Of a DNA stretch of 64,000 nt, positions 40,126 to 50,317 are shown one piece after another (the first letter of the stretch is position 1; every line of letters starts with the position of its first letter). The notes beneath the pieces were generated by a model. That model searched no databases and had not been told where the DNA came from. It saw only the letters and a list, made by a program, of their open reading frames with translations. The stretch spans positions 1-64,000 of the forward strand of contig CAZHRF010000009.1 in the NCBI GenBank assembly GCA_964534625.1, written 5' to 3'. A program made the translations under genes and the position numbers. The DNA comes from an uncultured archaeon. GTDB taxonomy: Archaea; Asgardarchaeota; Heimdallarchaeia; Heimdallarchaeales; Heimdallarchaeaceae.

Positions 40126-40692
40126 TTACATGTCATACAGTTTTTTCAAGATTACCTCTCTTGATAAAGTTTGAAACGCTCGTTTTACACCTATCCCCTC
40201 TGTTGCTATTGTCTCATACGTGGGTGTTGCTGGTGAAAAATCCAGAGCATCTAAGAGATCTCTTTTATCCATTGCATCAGGAACATCTCTTTTATTTAAT
40301 GCCAGAACGAGTGGTATGTCTCCCCCAATTTTTTCTCCCAACTCTTTTCTCAATTCATCTGCTGACTCTACATTATCTGCTAACATCTCTCTTGATGAAT
40401 CTGCAACAAAAAGTAGTCCGTCCACGCCTTTCAATACCAATGATCGTTGATGTCTATGTCTTCTTTGCCCCGCTACTGTATAAATATCAAGTATAACGCT
40501 TGATGTTGCCATAAAAGGACTAAAATCAAAATATATTGTTCTACCCGAAGGATCTTCAATTGAATTCATCCCACCTTTTTTTATGCCTGTTACATCGCTA
40601 TGCAATCTTCTTAATAATGTTGTTTTACCAGCTAAGCTTGGTCCTACGAATACAATTTTGAAATGCATTTTTCCTGAAGCATCTTTCCGCAT
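40126..40692 (-). CDS. MglA-like small GTPase
   Basis: KIVFVGPSLAGKTT, RTIYFDF, YTVAGQ, VLKGVDG..FVADS, NKRD, A..GIGV...F. Confidence 0.9.
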   Translation of the reverse strand: MRKDASGKMHFKIVFVGPSLAGKTTLLRRLHSDVTGIKKGGMNSIEDPSGRTIYFDFSPFMATSSVILDIYTVAGQRRHRHQRSLVLKGVDGLLFVADSSREMLADNVESADELRKELGEKIGGDIPLVLALNKRDVPDAMDKRDLLDALDFSPATPTYETIATEGIGVKRAFQTLSREVILKKLYDM

Positions 40693-40768
40693 TTTGATTC
40701 ATTCCTTTATTTATACTTAGGTCAATTGGTGGAGAGTATTATTCATTCGTTTCTCATTTGTCTGTTTT

Positions 40769-41068
40769 TTATTTTTTATCTCTTAAGACAATCAAGACAT
40801 AGTCATTTTCTGGTGCCACTAAAATTTCACCTTTTTCTGTATCGAGTGTGAAAAAGTTTAGGTAACCTTCTTCTAGTTCTGTCACAACAGCTTTGGCACG
40901 ACCGACTAAGGACGCAACTAAAGCAGAGACATTTTCACGCATTTCAGTACTTAGATTCTCCGTACTAGAAATGGGGAGCCCATCATTACTGGCGATTATT
41001 ACACCGCGCACGTCTTTGTGAGTAGAAAGACTTTCCAAAGTTTCTTCAAAGTGTTTTTGGGATATCAT
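40769..41068 (-). CDS. Roadblock/LC7 (MglB-like) protein
   Basis: VRGVIIASNDGLPISS, SALVASL; directly upstream of the MglA-like gene. Confidence 0.9.
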   Translation of the reverse strand: MISQKHFEETLESLSTHKDVRGVIIASNDGLPISSTENLSTEMRENVSALVASLVGRAKAVVTELEEGYLNFFTLDTEKGEILVAPENDYVLIVLRDKK

Positions 41069-41290
41069 AAAAACAACCCTTTGTAATATTTATTGTTAAC
41101 TATTATTAATATATTATTCTATATTAACACCTTTTACTTCTCGCTTATACTTTTAAAAACTTGCGATAGTGTTATTTATAGTCTTTTTTCTCAAAAAACG
41201 TTTTTCATTGAAGCTATTTTAGCGTCTCTTTCCTAAGCTTAGATTATAAAGATTTTAATACTCTTTTTTTTTTACCTTATTAGGATAGTT

Positions 41291-42505
41291 ATGACGGAAT
41301 TAATAGCCCTAGAAGATTGTTATGAGTGGTATAATGAGAAAATCAACTCATATGTTTCCAAACCACGAAGTAAAGCTAAAAGTCGCATTGAAGACATAGA
41401 AGAGAAAATAGAAGATGTTTTGGAAACAGCAAAACGCTTTGATTATTCCGATAAGAAGGATCCATCTGTTTATGAAAATTATGCCACAACTATTTATGAG
41501 AAAACAGTAAAAAAATTTGAAGATTTAAAACGCCCTGAAAACATTACTTATAATACACTAGATAGATATTATGATGATTGTAATAATACTATTAACTCAT
41601 ATATTGATGTATTATCAAAATATCTCTCTTGGTTAAAAAGAGATCGATCATTTAAAAACAGAGTTAAATCTTTAGACAGAGCCCTTGGGAAATTACGTAA
41701 AGAAGTTTATAACTTCAATACTGATACACTTGTTAATTACTCAGAGTACAAAAAATATGAGGATGTAGCTATAAATATTAAACGTTTAAGTGAATTAATC
41801 GAGAGAAAAAAAGAATTAATTAAACAAATTAACTCTCATTCTGATAAAATTGAAAAATTCAATCAAATGATTGAAGAGAAAGAAGAAAATCTTAACGAGT
41901 TAGTAGAACACCCGGGATTTAATCAATTAGAAGAAAATGAAAGAAAACTTAATGCTATAAAATTAGCTTTAACTGATGAAATTAGTGATATCAAAAAGCT
42001 TGCTAATAAAGTACTAAAAGCTGAAGACAATAATAATATAGAACTTGAATATTATGACCGTGATGTCTATAAATCACTAATAAAGGAACCTTTAGAATAT
42101 TTAATTTCCCAACCTGAAGGTTATAACAGTTTAAAATTAGCTTTGAACAACTTGAAGAAATTTAGTGAGGATCCAACTGTTCAATTAAAAAAGGACAAGT
42201 TGGAACGCGCGTTTGAAAGTATTGATGAAATATTAGAGGATAGTCTCTTAGAATGGCAAAAAGATTCACAATTCATTACTAAACAAAGTAAAGCAATTAA
42301 CGATAAATTTGAAGAAATGAATATTCACAGACAAATCCAACAACTTAAAGAAAAAATTAGGAATTTAAAAATAGACAGGGATCGTTTGACTATTATAGAG
42401 AGGAGAGAACTAAACGAGGTAGAGGAAGAAATTAAAGAATTAAACGCCTCAATTGAAGAACAAACCGCTAAGTTATTGGATATAGAAATAGAGTTGCAAT
42501 TTTAA
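41291..42505 (+). CDS. Long helical coiled-coil protein, function unknown
   Basis: E/K-rich heptads throughout; no catalytic motif. Confidence 0.7.
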   Translation: MTELIALEDCYEWYNEKINSYVSKPRSKAKSRIEDIEEKIEDVLETAKRFDYSDKKDPSVYENYATTIYEKTVKKFEDLKRPENITYNTLDRYYDDCNNTINSYIDVLSKYLSWLKRDRSFKNRVKSLDRALGKLRKEVYNFNTDTLVNYSEYKKYEDVAINIKRLSELIERKKELIKQINSHSDKIEKFNQMIEEKEENLNELVEHPGFNQLEENERKLNAIKLALTDEISDIKKLANKVLKAEDNNNIELEYYDRDVYKSLIKEPLEYLISQPEGYNSLKLALNNLKKFSEDPTVQLKKDKLERAFESIDEILEDSLLEWQKDSQFITKQSKAINDKFEEMNIHRQIQQLKEKIRNLKIDRDRLTIIERRELNEVEEEIKELNASIEEQTAKLLDIEIELQF

Positions 42506-42657
42506 AACCATATTTTAATACAAAACAGCTGATCAGAACTAAAATGGTTCACGTGAAAAATGTAATGGTTTTATGTATTTATTTTTGTATTCAAACCAGT
42601 TTTATCAGTTTCATTCCAATATCATAAAACATTTAAACAGTATATACCATCTCTTTA

Positions 42658-42927
42658 ATGATGAACGAAAGCGGAACATGGAAAGTAACCCCCCTTAAGT
42701 CATGTATCCTTAGTATTCTTGAAAGAAGAGGCGGAGTCATTATGGAAAGTGATCTTTCCATGCCTTTACATGAGTTGTATGGTCAATTTTCTGAACAAGA
42801 GCTCAATAAGGCATTATTAATATTAGAAAATCAAGGATTGATACATATAACTTGGAGTTCTAAAACTAAACGTAAAATTCAATTAATGACAAATGAAATG
42901 GACTTCTTGGCTGTCGGTGAGGACTAA
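42658..42927 (+). CDS. Small winged-helix protein
   Basis: ELNKALLILENQGLIHIT wHTH-like segment; upstream of cdc48. Confidence 0.7.
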   Translation: MMNESGTWKVTPLKSCILSILERRGGVIMESDLSMPLHELYGQFSEQELNKALLILENQGLIHITWSSKTKRKIQLMTNEMDFLAVGED

Positions 42928-43139
42928 CTTTCATAATTTTACTGTGGTCTTGTCACTTGAAACAGAAATCACATGTGAAATTTTATATAATTGTAAGTTC
43001 ATTGATGCATGTAATTTTCTGATATTATCATAAAAATTCTGTTTATTTAACGTACTAAAATTCCTTCAATAAACAAAGAATTATAAATTGTTCTGAATTA
43101 TAACAATATAGTAAAAATATAGTCTCTATAGGGATAATA

Positions 43140-45326
43140 ATGTCTGATAAAGAAATAAATTTGCGTGTTGCAGAAAGTAAACAACGAGATGTAGGTAGAG
43201 GCAAAGTACGTTTAGATAGTATGGCAATGTCTAAGATTGGTGTTTCGACTGGTGATATTGTAGAAATTGAGGGAAAACGCACAACAACAGCTGTAGCCTG
43301 GCCTTCCTACCCGGAAGATTTGAAAAAAGATATTATACGTATGGATGGTGTTGTTCGAAGAAATGCTGGTGTCTCCCTTGGAGACAAAGTTACAATAAGA
43401 AAAGCAAAAGTCAGTGTGGCTAGACAAATAAATCTGGCTCCCGAACAAATGTCTGTTAATATTGATTTTAGTTTTGAAAACTTTGTGAAGCGCAAACTTC
43501 TTGGGCAACCTTTATCACGCAAAGATACTGTATTAATCCCCATATTGGGTCGAGCTATACCCTTCTCTGTTGTAAGCACGGTTCCATCTGGTATTGTGGT
43601 TGTAACTGAAGCAACTCAACTTAAGGTTTCTGATAAACCTATGTCTGAAGGTGAAAAAGCTAGCCCAACGGTGAGTTATGAGGATATAGGGGGATTGCAT
43701 CAAGAGATACTAAAAATTAGAGAGATGGTAGAATTACCGTTAAAGTTTCCGCAATTGTTTGAAAAATTAGGTATAGACCCACCAAAGGGCGTTCTTTTAC
43801 ATGGTCCTCCTGGGTGTGGTAAAACTCTAATTGCACGGGCTGTGGCATCAGAATCAGCAGCTCACTTTATTGTTCTTAATGGTCCTGAAATAATGAGTAA
43901 GTTTTATGGTGAATCTGAACAAAGGTTACGTGGTCTGTTTAAAGACGCTGAAGATAATGCACCTTCAATTGTTTTTATTGATGAGATAGACGCAATTGCC
44001 CCAAAACGTGAGGATGTAACGGGAGAAGTGGAAAGACGTGTTGTAGCTCAGTTACTAGCTCTTATGGATGGTTTGGTTTCTAGAGGGCAAGTTATTGTCA
44101 TAGGCGCCAGCAATAGACCTAATGCCATAGATCCTGCCTTAAGACGTCCGGGTCGTTTTGACAGAGAAATTGAGATTCATGTTCCAGATAGAGATAGTAG
44201 AGAAGAAATACTCCTTATACATACACGAGGCATGCCCTTATCTCCAAATGTAGATCTCAAAACATTATCTGATGTGACTCATGGTTATGTGGGTGCTGAT
44301 CTAGAAGCATTGTGTAGAGAAGCAGCGATGAAAACTTTGCGCCGTGTTTTACCTAAAGTAGATTTTAGGGAAGAAACCATACCAACAGAAGTATTGGATA
44401 AATTAGAAGTTATTCATGATGACTTTTTACAAGCACTAAAAGAAATCACACCGACAGCTGTAAGAGAAGTATTTATCGAATCACCCAATGTACCTTGGAC
44501 AAGTGTTGGTGGTTTAGATGATGTTGTAAACCGAATTATAGAGGCTATCGAGTGGCCACTAAAAAATCCAGACGCGTTCAAGCGCATAGGTATTAGCCCT
44601 CCAAGAGGTATATTGTTATATGGCCCTCCTGGTTGTGGTAAAACATTAATTGCACGAGCAGTGGCAACAGAAAGCGAAGCAAATTTTATTAGTGTTAAAG
44701 GACCAGAAATTCTTTCTAAATGGGTTGGCGAAAGCGAAAAAGCTATTCGAGAGGTGTTTAGAAAAGCACGTTTAGCCGCACCTTCTATTGTCTTTTTTGA
44801 TGAAATGGATTCCCTAACCCCATTGAGAGGAAGAAGCACAGATAGCAATGTAACAGAACGGGTCATAAGTCAATTACTTACCGAATTAGATGGCCTTGAG
44901 GAATTAAAGGATATAGTAGTTTTAGCAGCAACAAACCGTCCAGATATTGTAGATCCAGCTCTTCTTAGACCGGGTAGATTCGATAGATTGATTTATGTAA
45001 ATCCTCCAACTCTAAAAGGAAGAGAAGAAATATTCAAAATATACACAAAAACAATGCCCCTTGAATCTAATATTAGTATTAAGGAATTGGCAATCGACAC
45101 TGACGGTTTTGTAGGAAGCGATATAGAGGCTTTGTGTCGAGAAGCAGGAATGACAGCTTTAAGAGCGGATTTTAATACTCCACAAGTTAAAATGTCTCAT
45201 TTCAAAGAAGCATTGAAAGATATTCATCCAACTGTTACACCTGATATGGTCAAATATTTTGATAGCATCTCTGAGAGATTTAAGAGACGAAGTCAAATGA
45301 GCACACCAAAGATAGGTTTTTCATAA
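43140..45326 (+). CDS. cdc48: CDC48/VCP (VAT) AAA+ ATPase
   Basis: N domain (DVGRG.VR.D) plus two AAA modules (GPPGCGKT x2, FIDEID/FFDEMD, RPGRFDR x2). Confidence 0.98.
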   Translation: MSDKEINLRVAESKQRDVGRGKVRLDSMAMSKIGVSTGDIVEIEGKRTTTAVAWPSYPEDLKKDIIRMDGVVRRNAGVSLGDKVTIRKAKVSVARQINLAPEQMSVNIDFSFENFVKRKLLGQPLSRKDTVLIPILGRAIPFSVVSTVPSGIVVVTEATQLKVSDKPMSEGEKASPTVSYEDIGGLHQEILKIREMVELPLKFPQLFEKLGIDPPKGVLLHGPPGCGKTLIARAVASESAAHFIVLNGPEIMSKFYGESEQRLRGLFKDAEDNAPSIVFIDEIDAIAPKREDVTGEVERRVVAQLLALMDGLVSRGQVIVIGASNRPNAIDPALRRPGRFDREIEIHVPDRDSREEILLIHTRGMPLSPNVDLKTLSDVTHGYVGADLEALCREAAMKTLRRVLPKVDFREETIPTEVLDKLEVIHDDFLQALKEITPTAVREVFIESPNVPWTSVGGLDDVVNRIIEAIEWPLKNPDAFKRIGISPPRGILLYGPPGCGKTLIARAVATESEANFISVKGPEILSKWVGESEKAIREVFRKARLAAPSIVFFDEMDSLTPLRGRSTDSNVTERVISQLLTELDGLEELKDIVVLAATNRPDIVDPALLRPGRFDRLIYVNPPTLKGREEIFKIYTKTMPLESNISIKELAIDTDGFVGSDIEALCREAGMTALRADFNTPQVKMSHFKEALKDIHPTVTPDMVKYFDSISERFKRRSQMSTPKIGFS

Positions 45327-45534
45327 GCTCCTTTTTCTTTCTTTATCTAATTTAAGAGACAAAACGATCAAACCTAATCTAGTTTTTGGTGAGAATACTT
45401 ATTACGTCCATTATTGGGGGATGGGTGGCACTTCAATACAGAAATTAATCCATAATTAAGTTATTCTTTAGTACAATGGAAATATTTTATATAGTTAGAA
45501 AATACACTAGTTAGAGTGCATAAAAAGGTGGTTA

Positions 45535-46377
45535 TTGTTGGTTGATTTTTATATTATTGAGAAGAGGAATATGGAAGTCCTTTGTTTATTCCCTATCGAT
45601 CAGCAAATACACTCACAAAATGAGAAACGTGAAGATTACATTGATTTTGTTCTGGAATTTCAAAAAAGAGCAATGGAGCGGTATAAAACAATCGCTACAT
45701 CTATAGAATTTTCCGATTTTACTGTAATTTTTGCAGAGAAGTATGATTTCATTTTTTTGTTAATAAGCAATGATGAGGAGGGACTTGAAATAGATTATTC
45801 GTTGTTGGACTTTTTCAAAAACATGTTCTTAACTGCTTTTGAAATAAAAAATAAACGAGCATCGAGAGAACTTCTGAAGGAATTAACTGAAAAAAAACCT
45901 TTCTTAAATTCAGCCTCTTTGAGTGAGAATTTAATGATCAACCAGATTGTAGATATGCATGTACATGAAGTAGATAAAAAAAACTTATTTGAATGCTTCC
46001 AAAATTTATTAGTGTCTTTGTGGAGGGGGATTCTTGTTTATGTAGAATCGGCGTTTCCAGTAAGATATAGACAATTAATACATAAAATTAAAACTTTCAT
46101 CGAGTATGAACTTGCTTCACTTCAAGGCTTGCTGAACCTGTCCGAAGAAGGACTTACTTTTAATGAAGACAAATTAGTAGAAAAAATTTTGATAAATGTT
46201 AAAAAAGAATGCATTATGCTATTTGACTTTGTTATATCAACTCTAAAAGAAGAATTTGGAGATGATTTAAGTCGAACGATAGTATCGCATGATTTACCTT
46301 TAACTGTAAAAAATGAGTGGAATAGAATGGAAAGTTTAAATCTATTGAAAGAAATAATTAATATAGCTTGGAGTTAA
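45535..46377 (+). CDS. Hypothetical protein with N-terminal longin-like domain
   Basis: FYIIEK....LCLF ... SIEF.DFTVIF.EK..FIFLLIS pattern; GGTG SD before TTG; 5 bp from the Rab-like gene. Confidence 0.5.
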   Translation: MLVDFYIIEKRNMEVLCLFPIDQQIHSQNEKREDYIDFVLEFQKRAMERYKTIATSIEFSDFTVIFAEKYDFIFLLISNDEEGLEIDYSLLDFFKNMFLTAFEIKNKRASRELLKELTEKKPFLNSASLSENLMINQIVDMHVHEVDKKNLFECFQNLLVSLWRGILVYVESAFPVRYRQLIHKIKTFIEYELASLQGLLNLSEEGLTFNEDKLVEKILINVKKECIMLFDFVISTLKEEFGDDLSRTIVSHDLPLTVKNEWNRMESLNLLKEIINIAWS

Positions 46378-46382
46378 AATAA

Positions 46383-46970
46383 ATGGAACAAATACACAAA
46401 ATAGTGAGTATTGGTAATGCTTTTGTTGGTAAAACCTCATTGGCACGTCGTTATGTTATGGACACTTTTAGCGTTAATTATATACCTACGATGGGAACTA
46501 GTTGGTATACAAAAACTGTCCATTTGACTCCTGCCAATCTAAATGAAAATTTGACGAAGGATTTTTATGTAGATCCTATGGATGTACGTTTAAGTCTGTG
46601 GGATACTGGTGGTCAAGAGTTATTTAGCTATTTACGACCAAAGTATTATGATGGAGCTAAAGTAGCTATTATCGTTTTTGATATAACCAATAGTAATACC
46701 TTTGAAGATGTTGATCTATGGCATGCAGAACTTAATGAACATTGTCCAGATATCCCAATAATTCTATGCGGTAACAAATATGACTTGAAAAATGCTCGAG
46801 CCTTTCCCCGTGAAGAGGCAGAGAATTATTCAAAAATTCATAATTTTGACTATATAGAAACATCTGCTTTATCCTCTTATAACGTTGATTTATTATTTAA
46901 ACACGCCTGTCGGCTTTCAATTCAAAAAAGTATGAATGTTTTAGAATTTAAGACTGGTCTAATCGTTTAA
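46383..46970 (+). CDS. Rab-like Ras-superfamily small GTPase
   Basis: GNAFVGKTS, Y.PT.G, WDTGGQE.F..LRP.YY.GA, GNKYD, ETSA. Confidence 0.93.
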   Translation: MEQIHKIVSIGNAFVGKTSLARRYVMDTFSVNYIPTMGTSWYTKTVHLTPANLNENLTKDFYVDPMDVRLSLWDTGGQELFSYLRPKYYDGAKVAIIVFDITNSNTFEDVDLWHAELNEHCPDIPIILCGNKYDLKNARAFPREEAENYSKIHNFDYIETSALSSYNVDLLFKHACRLSIQKSMNVLEFKTGLIV

Positions 46971-47040
46971 ATTGGTTAAATTGCTGTTATGGTGTCGAAT
47001 AAACATAAGTTTAATTAGTATTTATAATTATAGTCAAAAC

Positions 47041-48222
47041 ATGAGTACAGACAATGAAATTTCTTATCTAAGTACTACATTTATATCAACTCAAGCTGAT
47101 GAACCTTTAACTAAAGCTATAGAACGTTTTAGTAAAAATGTTCGTGAAATATTAGTTTTTGATGAACAAGGAACTTTCTTGGGTTACGTAACTAAAGCTC
47201 GCTTAGTAAAAGAATCAAGATTAGCACCTAACTCAAAAGTGGTCAACTATATTTCTAGAGTTCCAACTGTTCCTGTTGATATTTCTTTGAGTGATGCTGC
47301 ACGTTCAATCCTTTCTGGGAAACATCGGTCTATACCCGTTGAAAAAAATGGTAAAATTATTGGCATTTTTAGGGATGTTGATATTTTATTACATAGTGAA
47401 AATGTATTTAAAAATAAAACAGTCGAAGATCTGATGTCGCCCAATCCTATTAGAATTGAACCAGATACTACCATTGCCCAATACATAGCATTATGCAGAA
47501 ATAACAATATAACCAGAGCCCCGGTAACGGATGTTGATAATAAACTGGTAGGTATTATTAGTCCTCATGATATTACCGATTTAGTATTAACGAGATTTCC
47601 TGGTCAGACTTTAGGTGACAGAGGTGGTACTCAACATAATGTTCTTGCTACAAAAGTTAATACGTTGATGACAACAAATGTTTTGACGTGTAAACCAGAC
47701 GAAAATGTTATTGAGGCAATCAAAATCCTGAGGGACGCTGATCATAAGGCTTTAATTGTTGTAGATGATGATATACATCCAATAGGCATTTTAACAACTA
47801 CTGATTTACTAGAATCTGCCAGTGTTCCCCCCAAAACGAAAGGTTATTATGTACGTGTAATTGGCGATATAGATGATGAGGATATAGATGATGTGGTAGA
47901 TCTAGGAATGGATTTAGTTAAAAAATACGCTAGCACTATTGGGACTTCTGGTCAATTATATATCCATTTCAAAGCATATGAAAAACAAAAATTTAGAGGT
48001 TATGTTTCATACCAAGTCAAAATGCGTATAGTGACAAATAAAGGCCATACCTATATATCAAAATCTGAAGGCTATGGTCTGTTTGGTGCTCTCAATCTGG
48101 CAAAAGATAGACTCGAGAGAGCCATTGTAAGTAGTAGTGAACTAGCAATTGAACAACGAGAATCACGCGGTAGTCAAAGATATCTCCTAGAAGAAATAGC
48201 AGAATTAGAAGAATTAGAATAA
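47041..48222 (+). CDS. Four-CBS protein with C-terminal HPF/RaiA-like domain (Hib/Dri-type ribosome hibernation factor)
   Basis: Four CBS motifs, then YQVKMRIVTNKG..YISKSEGYGLFGALNLAKDRLERAI, resembling the HPF C-terminal strand and helix. Confidence 0.75.
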   Translation: MSTDNEISYLSTTFISTQADEPLTKAIERFSKNVREILVFDEQGTFLGYVTKARLVKESRLAPNSKVVNYISRVPTVPVDISLSDAARSILSGKHRSIPVEKNGKIIGIFRDVDILLHSENVFKNKTVEDLMSPNPIRIEPDTTIAQYIALCRNNNITRAPVTDVDNKLVGIISPHDITDLVLTRFPGQTLGDRGGTQHNVLATKVNTLMTTNVLTCKPDENVIEAIKILRDADHKALIVVDDDIHPIGILTTTDLLESASVPPKTKGYYVRVIGDIDDEDIDDVVDLGMDLVKKYASTIGTSGQLYIHFKAYEKQKFRGYVSYQVKMRIVTNKGHTYISKSEGYGLFGALNLAKDRLERAIVSSSELAIEQRESRGSQRYLLEEIAELEELE

Positions 48223-48363
48223 TTATTGCTCTCTTTTCTTTTGTCTTATAATCTCAATTTTTTTCTTCATATTTTTTGTGTGTTTTTAATCTCTATTCTT
48301 TTTGTTATACTCATATAGAGACATTCCGATGCATTTTTAAAACATCAAAGAAACATTATTTTA

Positions 48364-49416
48364 ATGTCTTCTAGCAATCAAGATAAAAAAAATGATTTTG
48401 ATTTCTTATTGAATGAAGTTATTGAACCAGGTTATTGTATAAGTTGTGGGGGATGTGAAGCCGTTTGTCCTATTTATGTGATTTCAATTGTTGATGACAA
48501 ACCAGAACTTGTTGGAACATGTATCCCTTGTGGTGCATGTGTTGATATTTGTTTAAGGATTAAACAAAGAGAAGAACAAAAAGAGTATGTTGAAGGAGAT
48601 TTGGGCTCAATCTTACGTGTATATAAGGGTAGAACTAAATCTGAATATATAGCAAAAGTAGCACAAAACGGAGGTTTTGTTACAACTCTACTTAGTGTCG
48701 CCTTTGAAGGGCAGTTAATTGATGCCGCAGTATTAACAGGTAAAACAAAAAATCCTCTTTCCCCTACACCAACATTTGCTTTAGATGTAGAAACAATAAT
48801 TAGATCTTCGGGATCAAAATATACCCTTAGTTATGTTCTTAAAAAAATGTATGCTGTTAAGAACTCAGATAAGAACAAAGTTGCAGTAGTTGGATTACCT
48901 TGTCACTTAGAAACTCTTACTAATATGATGGATGAGAAATTGCTTGGTACTGATGTAAGAGTAAAGTATAAAATCGGTTTATTCTGTATGGGCAGTTATA
49001 ACAAACCTAAGTTTGAAGAAGTGATTAAAGAGAAATTAGGTGTAGACCTATTATCGATACACAAAATAGATTGTGCTAGAGGTAAATTCTTTTTTGAAAC
49101 AAAAGAAGGAACAAAAGAAGCAAAAATTGCTGATTTTAATAAAAACGCAAAAGCAGAGGGATGTAAATACTGTAAAGATTTCACAGCTGTTTTCAGTGAT
49201 ATATCGGTGGGCAATGTTGGAGTTGAGGATAATGAAAATATTGTTATCGTTAGAACAGAAACCGGACAAAATTTATTAGACCTTGTGATAGATAAGGATA
49301 TTTTTGATTTCATAGAAGTTCCCGAAGAGGAATGGAATGAAGTTTTAGCTGGCGCAATAAGATTAGACAAGATTAAAAAGAAAAGTGCAAAAGACCTCCC
49401 AGAACTAAATAGATGA
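48364..49416 (+). CDS. F420 hydrogenase/dehydrogenase beta subunit (FrhB/FpoF-like) with N-terminal ferredoxin
   Basis: CISCGGCEAVCP, CIPCGAC...C, AQNGG.VT.LL, GSKY, VGLPC, IGLFC, C..C.DF....SDISVG. Confidence 0.9.
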   Translation: MSSSNQDKKNDFDFLLNEVIEPGYCISCGGCEAVCPIYVISIVDDKPELVGTCIPCGACVDICLRIKQREEQKEYVEGDLGSILRVYKGRTKSEYIAKVAQNGGFVTTLLSVAFEGQLIDAAVLTGKTKNPLSPTPTFALDVETIIRSSGSKYTLSYVLKKMYAVKNSDKNKVAVVGLPCHLETLTNMMDEKLLGTDVRVKYKIGLFCMGSYNKPKFEEVIKEKLGVDLLSIHKIDCARGKFFFETKEGTKEAKIADFNKNAKAEGCKYCKDFTAVFSDISVGNVGVEDNENIVIVRTETGQNLLDLVIDKDIFDFIEVPEEEWNEVLAGAIRLDKIKKKSAKDLPELNR

Positions 49417-50180
49417 GGTGTAATTTGATGATGGGAAATATAACCATTATCCCTCTCCGCTTGCCTATTGTCAAAAAGGATGATAAATTAAGTCAATTAA
49501 TCATAAAAAGTATAGAAAAACATTCTTTGATTATTGAGGATAATGACATTTTTGTTATAGCTCATACTATAATTTCAAGAATCGAAGGAAAAGAGTATAA
49601 TCTCTCTAAAATTGATCCCTCTCCCTTTGCTGAAGTTCTGGCTCGAAAAACTAACAAAGATCCTTGTCTGGTTGAATTAATTTTAAGAGAATCCTTAAGT
49701 GTGCTTAAAGTGAAGAATAACAACATAATTACAAAAACAAAACATGGTTGGATCTGTGCCAATTCGGCAGTTGATCAGTCTAATTCGAAACCTGGTCATG
49801 CCATAACTTTACCTGTTGATTCAAATGAATCTGCTAAACAGATTGGTCAAATTCTTACGAATAACTATTCTAAAAATATTTCGGTGTTGATTTCTGATAC
49901 TCAAGGTCGGGCATTACGACGTGGAGCAGTGAATGTTGCAATTGGAGCGTATAATTTTTCTGTTATAGACGATGCAAGAAAGCGTAGGGATATATTTGGA
50001 TATCCTTTGAAATCAACTATAATCGGATTGGCTGATGAAGTATGTGCTGCTGCAGAGTTGGTGATGGGGCAAGCTGATGAAAAGGCACCTGTTGTGTTGA
50101 TAAAAGGTTTTAAACAACGGAGTTGTGTGACAAGTATAGACGAACTTCAATATATTGATGAGAAACGGTTATTTCGATAG
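49413..50180 (+). CDS. cofE: Coenzyme F420-0:L-glutamate ligase
   Basis: LP.V...D.L, CANSAVDQSN, ISDTQGR..RRG...VAIG, ADE...AAELVMGQ..E..PVVLIKG. Confidence 0.93.
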   Translation: MRCNLMMGNITIIPLRLPIVKKDDKLSQLIIKSIEKHSLIIEDNDIFVIAHTIISRIEGKEYNLSKIDPSPFAEVLARKTNKDPCLVELILRESLSVLKVKNNNIITKTKHGWICANSAVDQSNSKPGHAITLPVDSNESAKQIGQILTNNYSKNISVLISDTQGRALRRGAVNVAIGAYNFSVIDDARKRRDIFGYPLKSTIIGLADEVCAAAELVMGQADEKAPVVLIKGFKQRSCVTSIDELQYIDEKRLFR

Positions 50181-50317
50181 GTTATTGAGTGAACACTTAC
50201 TTTAAATAGTAACGTCTAATTATTAAATTATATGAAGAACAACTTATGGTCTACTAGCCAAATCATAAGTCATAAAAAGATGATTATTAGCTTACATCTT
50301 GGGAATGAGGTGTTTAT

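Noticed and set aside
45400-45440. G-rich stem ending CTTCAA, possibly another IS605 end
   Set aside because: Too degenerate; lacks GTAGTTCAT and a convincing hairpin.
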